From Candidatus Zhuqueibacterota bacterium (GTDB taxonomy: Bacteria; Zhuqueibacterota; Zhuqueibacteria; Zhuqueibacterales; Geothermadaptataceae): a stretch of 32,000 bases of DNA. The DNA lies in the NCBI GenBank assembly GCA_015485525.1, contig WFTM01000433.1, positions 1 to 32,000 on the forward strand, in the 5' to 3' direction. Position numbers and translations under genes: made by a program. The notes under the pieces were generated by a model. It worked only from the letters and a program-made list of their open reading frames with translations. It made no database searches and was not told where the DNA came from. Positions 30,017-32,000 of this stretch are shown piece by piece; the stretch's first letter is position 1; each line of letters opens with the position of its first letter.

Positions 30017-31134
30017 CGCACCACCTCTGTAACCGCGGCAACGGTAGCACTGATATCCTGCTTCGTCGTGCTCCGGCCGAGGCTGAAACGCACCGATGAT
30101 TTTTGCAGGCTGTCTGGAACGCGCATCGCTTTGAGAACATGGGATGGCTGCACCGTGCCTGAGCTGCACGCCGATCCGATAGATACAGCTATACCCCTCA
30201 GGTCCAGCGCCATGGCCAGGGACAGACTGTCCTTGCCCGGAAAGGAGATGTTCAGAATTTGCGGCAGGCGTCCCTCTACCGGGCCGTTAAGCTGTGCCCC
30301 GGCTTGCTTTTGCAGGCCTTTGAGCAAATCATCTGCAAGCTGCGTAAGGCGTTGCTGTTCTTCCAGTCCATGCGCAGACATGAGCTCAGCCGCCTTACCA
30401 AGTCCGACGATGGCAGGAATGTTTTCCGTACCGGCACGCAGGTCATGCTCCTGCCTGCCCCCGAAAAGAATCTTGCCCAGGCGCGTACCCCGACGGATAT
30501 ACAGTGCGCCGGCACCTTTGGGCCCGTATATTTTATGCCCGGAAAGGGAAAGCAGGGTAACCGGCATCGTTTTGACGTCGATGGGGATTTTGCCAAAAGC
30601 CTGCACCGCGTCAGTGTGCAGTGCAATACCTTTTTCCGCCGCCAACGCAGCGATCTCCGCGAGCGGGTTGATGGTCCCCACTTCGTTGTTAACGGTCATG
30701 ATGCTGATCAGTCGTGTCTCAGGACTGATGGCAGCCTGTACGGTTTCGGGATCGATCCGGCCCTGTGAATCAGCAGGCAGACGGGTAATTTTCCAGCCCT
30801 GCTGTTGCAGATGCATGCATGTTTGCCGCACCGAGGGGTGCTCTGTAGCGGAAACAAGAATTTCACCTGCAGACTGGCTGGCGTAAGCAAACCCCTGTAG
30901 TGCCAGGTTGTTGGCTTCCGTACCGCCGCTGGTAAAAACGATCTCATGCGCCTCGGCAGCGATCACTTGCGCGACCTGCCCACGGGCTGTATCCAGCAGA
31001 CGCTTTGCACGGAGACCAAAGGCATGTATGCTCGAGGCATTGCCGTAAAATTCCCGGAAACAGGGCAACATGGCTTCGAGTACCCGCTCATCCACAGGTG
31101 TTGTCGCGGCATAGTCGCAATAAATTCTTTTCAT
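30013..31134 (-). CDS. iscS: Cysteine desulfurase, group I (NifS/IscS family, class V aminotransferase)
   Basis: MKRIYCDYAATTPVDERVLEAM...FTSGGTEANNLALQG...SLSGHKIYGPKGAGALYIRRG (PLP-binding Lys)...SIGSACSSG (catalytic Cys loop). The protein is 373 aa. Confidence 0.9.
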   Translation of the reverse strand: MKRIYCDYAATTPVDERVLEAMLPCFREFYGNASSIHAFGLRAKRLLDTARGQVAQVIAAEAHEIVFTSGGTEANNLALQGFAYASQSAGEILVSATEHPSVRQTCMHLQQQGWKITRLPADSQGRIDPETVQAAISPETRLISIMTVNNEVGTINPLAEIAALAAEKGIALHTDAVQAFGKIPIDVKTMPVTLLSLSGHKIYGPKGAGALYIRRGTRLGKILFGGRQEHDLRAGTENIPAIVGLGKAAELMSAHGLEEQQRLTQLADDLLKGLQKQAGAQLNGPVEGRLPQILNISFPGKDSLSLAMALDLRGIAVSIGSACSSGTVQPSHVLKAMRVPDSLQKSSVRFSLGRSTTKQDISATVAAVTEVVR

Positions 31135-31187
31135 CAGCTCGAACCGTTTGCGTGGTTTATGAATATATATAGGCGCGGTATGGCTTT

Positions 31188-31416
31188 GTCTGGCTATCCA
31201 CTTAACTCAGCAGGGTTGTATTTTTTCAAGCAGACCGTGTGACAACAGCACGTGCCTACCCCAGAGCTGTCATTCCGGTTTCCCCGCAGGGGAAGACCGG
31301 AATCTCCCCGACTCAGGCAAGAGCTCGAAAAGATGAGATTCCGGCACGGCGCTGCGCTTGGCCGGAATGACACATGCCGGCATCTGAGCCGGCCCTGGAT
31401 TGCTGAGTTAACTGGA
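31188..31416 (+). repeat. Family A repeat, copy A2
   Basis: It aligns along its full length with 1712..1928. The termini are ctatccacttaactcagca and tgctgagttaactggatat (17 of 19 inverted match by eye). Internal hairpins are tccggtttcccc-gca-ggggaagaccgga and attccggc-acggcgctgcgcttg-gccggaat, inside the gtcattccgg/ccggaatgac pair. Confidence 0.8.
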
Positions 31417-31540
31417 TATCCGGAAAGGCTTTGCGATAAGTCACTGTTTTACAAGGCAGCAATATAACGCCACCGTGGTTCTGTTTCAAGCAAATTCTGG
31501 GCGGTGTGCGCCGCCCCACAGCAGGCCTGATGGCAGCAGA

Positions 31541-31585
31541 AACGAAAAAAGGCCCTGGTGCAGCAACCCTGCGCCAGGACCTTTT
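31541..31585 (-). terminator. Rho-independent (bidirectional-looking) terminator downstream of the GWxTD gene
   Basis: gaaaaaaGGCCCTGGTGCAGcaacCCTGCGCCAGGACCttttaaaa forms a 13-bp stem with one mismatch and one G-U pair. On the minus strand it is followed by ttttttcgtttc. Confidence 0.75.
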
Positions 31586-31648
31586 AAAATGAAGAACAGA
31601 TCATTTTCACTACTGGAAACGCGTTCGATCCCGTTTTGTATAACGGGC

Positions 31649-32000
31649 CTATTCCGCTCCGGCCGTCAGTACCTGTCCTTCTTCAGCTAGAGCGAACTCA
31701 CCAAAACCGGTCATATCGGCAAAAATATATTTTCGATCCGGATTGTGGTACAACCAGACCTCGAATGCACGGCCCGAGACCGGATCGAGCTTGCGCAGAA
31801 CAGATGCAGGCTGGCCATTGCGCAGATAGATTTTGCCCTGATCCGAACGCCACCCGCGGGTGCCGAAACCGAGAAAACTCTTGTTCGCATGCGCGACACG
31901 GCGATAGAACTCGAGCATCAGCTCGTTCTCAGGCGTCTCCGGAGATGGATCGCGGCTTTTCCAGAAAGACAGCAAAGCAGCTCGTTGCACTTTGCGCGGC
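31649..32000 (-). CDS. GWxTD-domain protein, C-terminal part (the N-terminus lies outside the window)
   Basis: The reading frame stays open to the right edge. It contains RGWRSDQGKIYLRNGQPASV (the GWxTD motif context) and ends with a TAG at 31649-31651. Confidence 0.75.
   Translation of the reverse strand, partial: PRKVQRAALLSFWKSRDPSPETPENELMLEFYRRVAHANKSFLGFGTRGWRSDQGKIYLRNGQPASVLRKLDPVSGRAFEVWLYHNPDRKYIFADMTGFGEFALAEEGQVLTAGAE

Noticed and set aside
31618-31648. The string gcgttcgatcccg resembles a tRNA T-arm.
   Set aside because: No acceptor, D or anticodon arms can be drawn around it. The local structure is a simple hairpin (cccgtt-ttgtat-aacggg) directly after the GWxTD stop codon.

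Overview
This is a bacterial chromosomal window, moderately GC-rich by eye, with about 23 credible protein genes. I recognise no rRNA, tRNA, CRISPR array, transposase or integrase. The gene content suggests a member of the FCB (Fibrobacteres-Chlorobi-Bacteroidetes) radiation: a type-A T9SS C-terminal sorting domain with the NPFNPST motif, a GWxTD protein, a giant FG-GAP/ASPIC protein, and an OmpA protein with thrombospondin type-3 repeats. Many genes carry strong AGGAG-type Shine-Dalgarno sites. Layout: 1-722 is a partial Fe(III)-type ABC binding lipoprotein and 949-1359 a small Fn3-like secreted protein. 2145-12022 holds eight co-directional minus-strand genes: TPR protein, SPOR-domain membrane protein, penta-haem cytochrome c, a membrane-anchored FliF-RBM/FliG fusion, an OM beta-barrel, a TPR lipoprotein, MotA and MotB. 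I regard this cluster as the most interesting item: a flagellar-type stator plus a FliG rotor element in an envelope-spanning context with no other flagellar genes in view, and a divergent stand-alone PilZ gene next door. 13201-13905 is an M50 protease. 14675-22141 holds a CsgG/FlgO-like protein, a lipoprotein and a 1652-aa FG-GAP/ASPIC T9SS substrate. 22904-24364 is an OmpA/TSP3 protein. 25235-31134 holds an AlkD-like protein, Bcp, a cytochrome c lipoprotein, a TonB-dependent-receptor-like barrel, a 6-TM protein and a cysteine desulfurase. 31649-32000 is a partial GWxTD protein. Most of the long intergenic spacers are occupied by one of two related families of hairpin-rich repeats. Family A is a 170-230 bp MITE-like element with terminal inverted repeats of about 20 bp. 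Family B is a multi-hairpin unit of about 170 nt with compensatory stem changes, always co-oriented with the downstream gene. All functional calls rest on motif recognition by eye and alignment from memory; no database search or computation was run.
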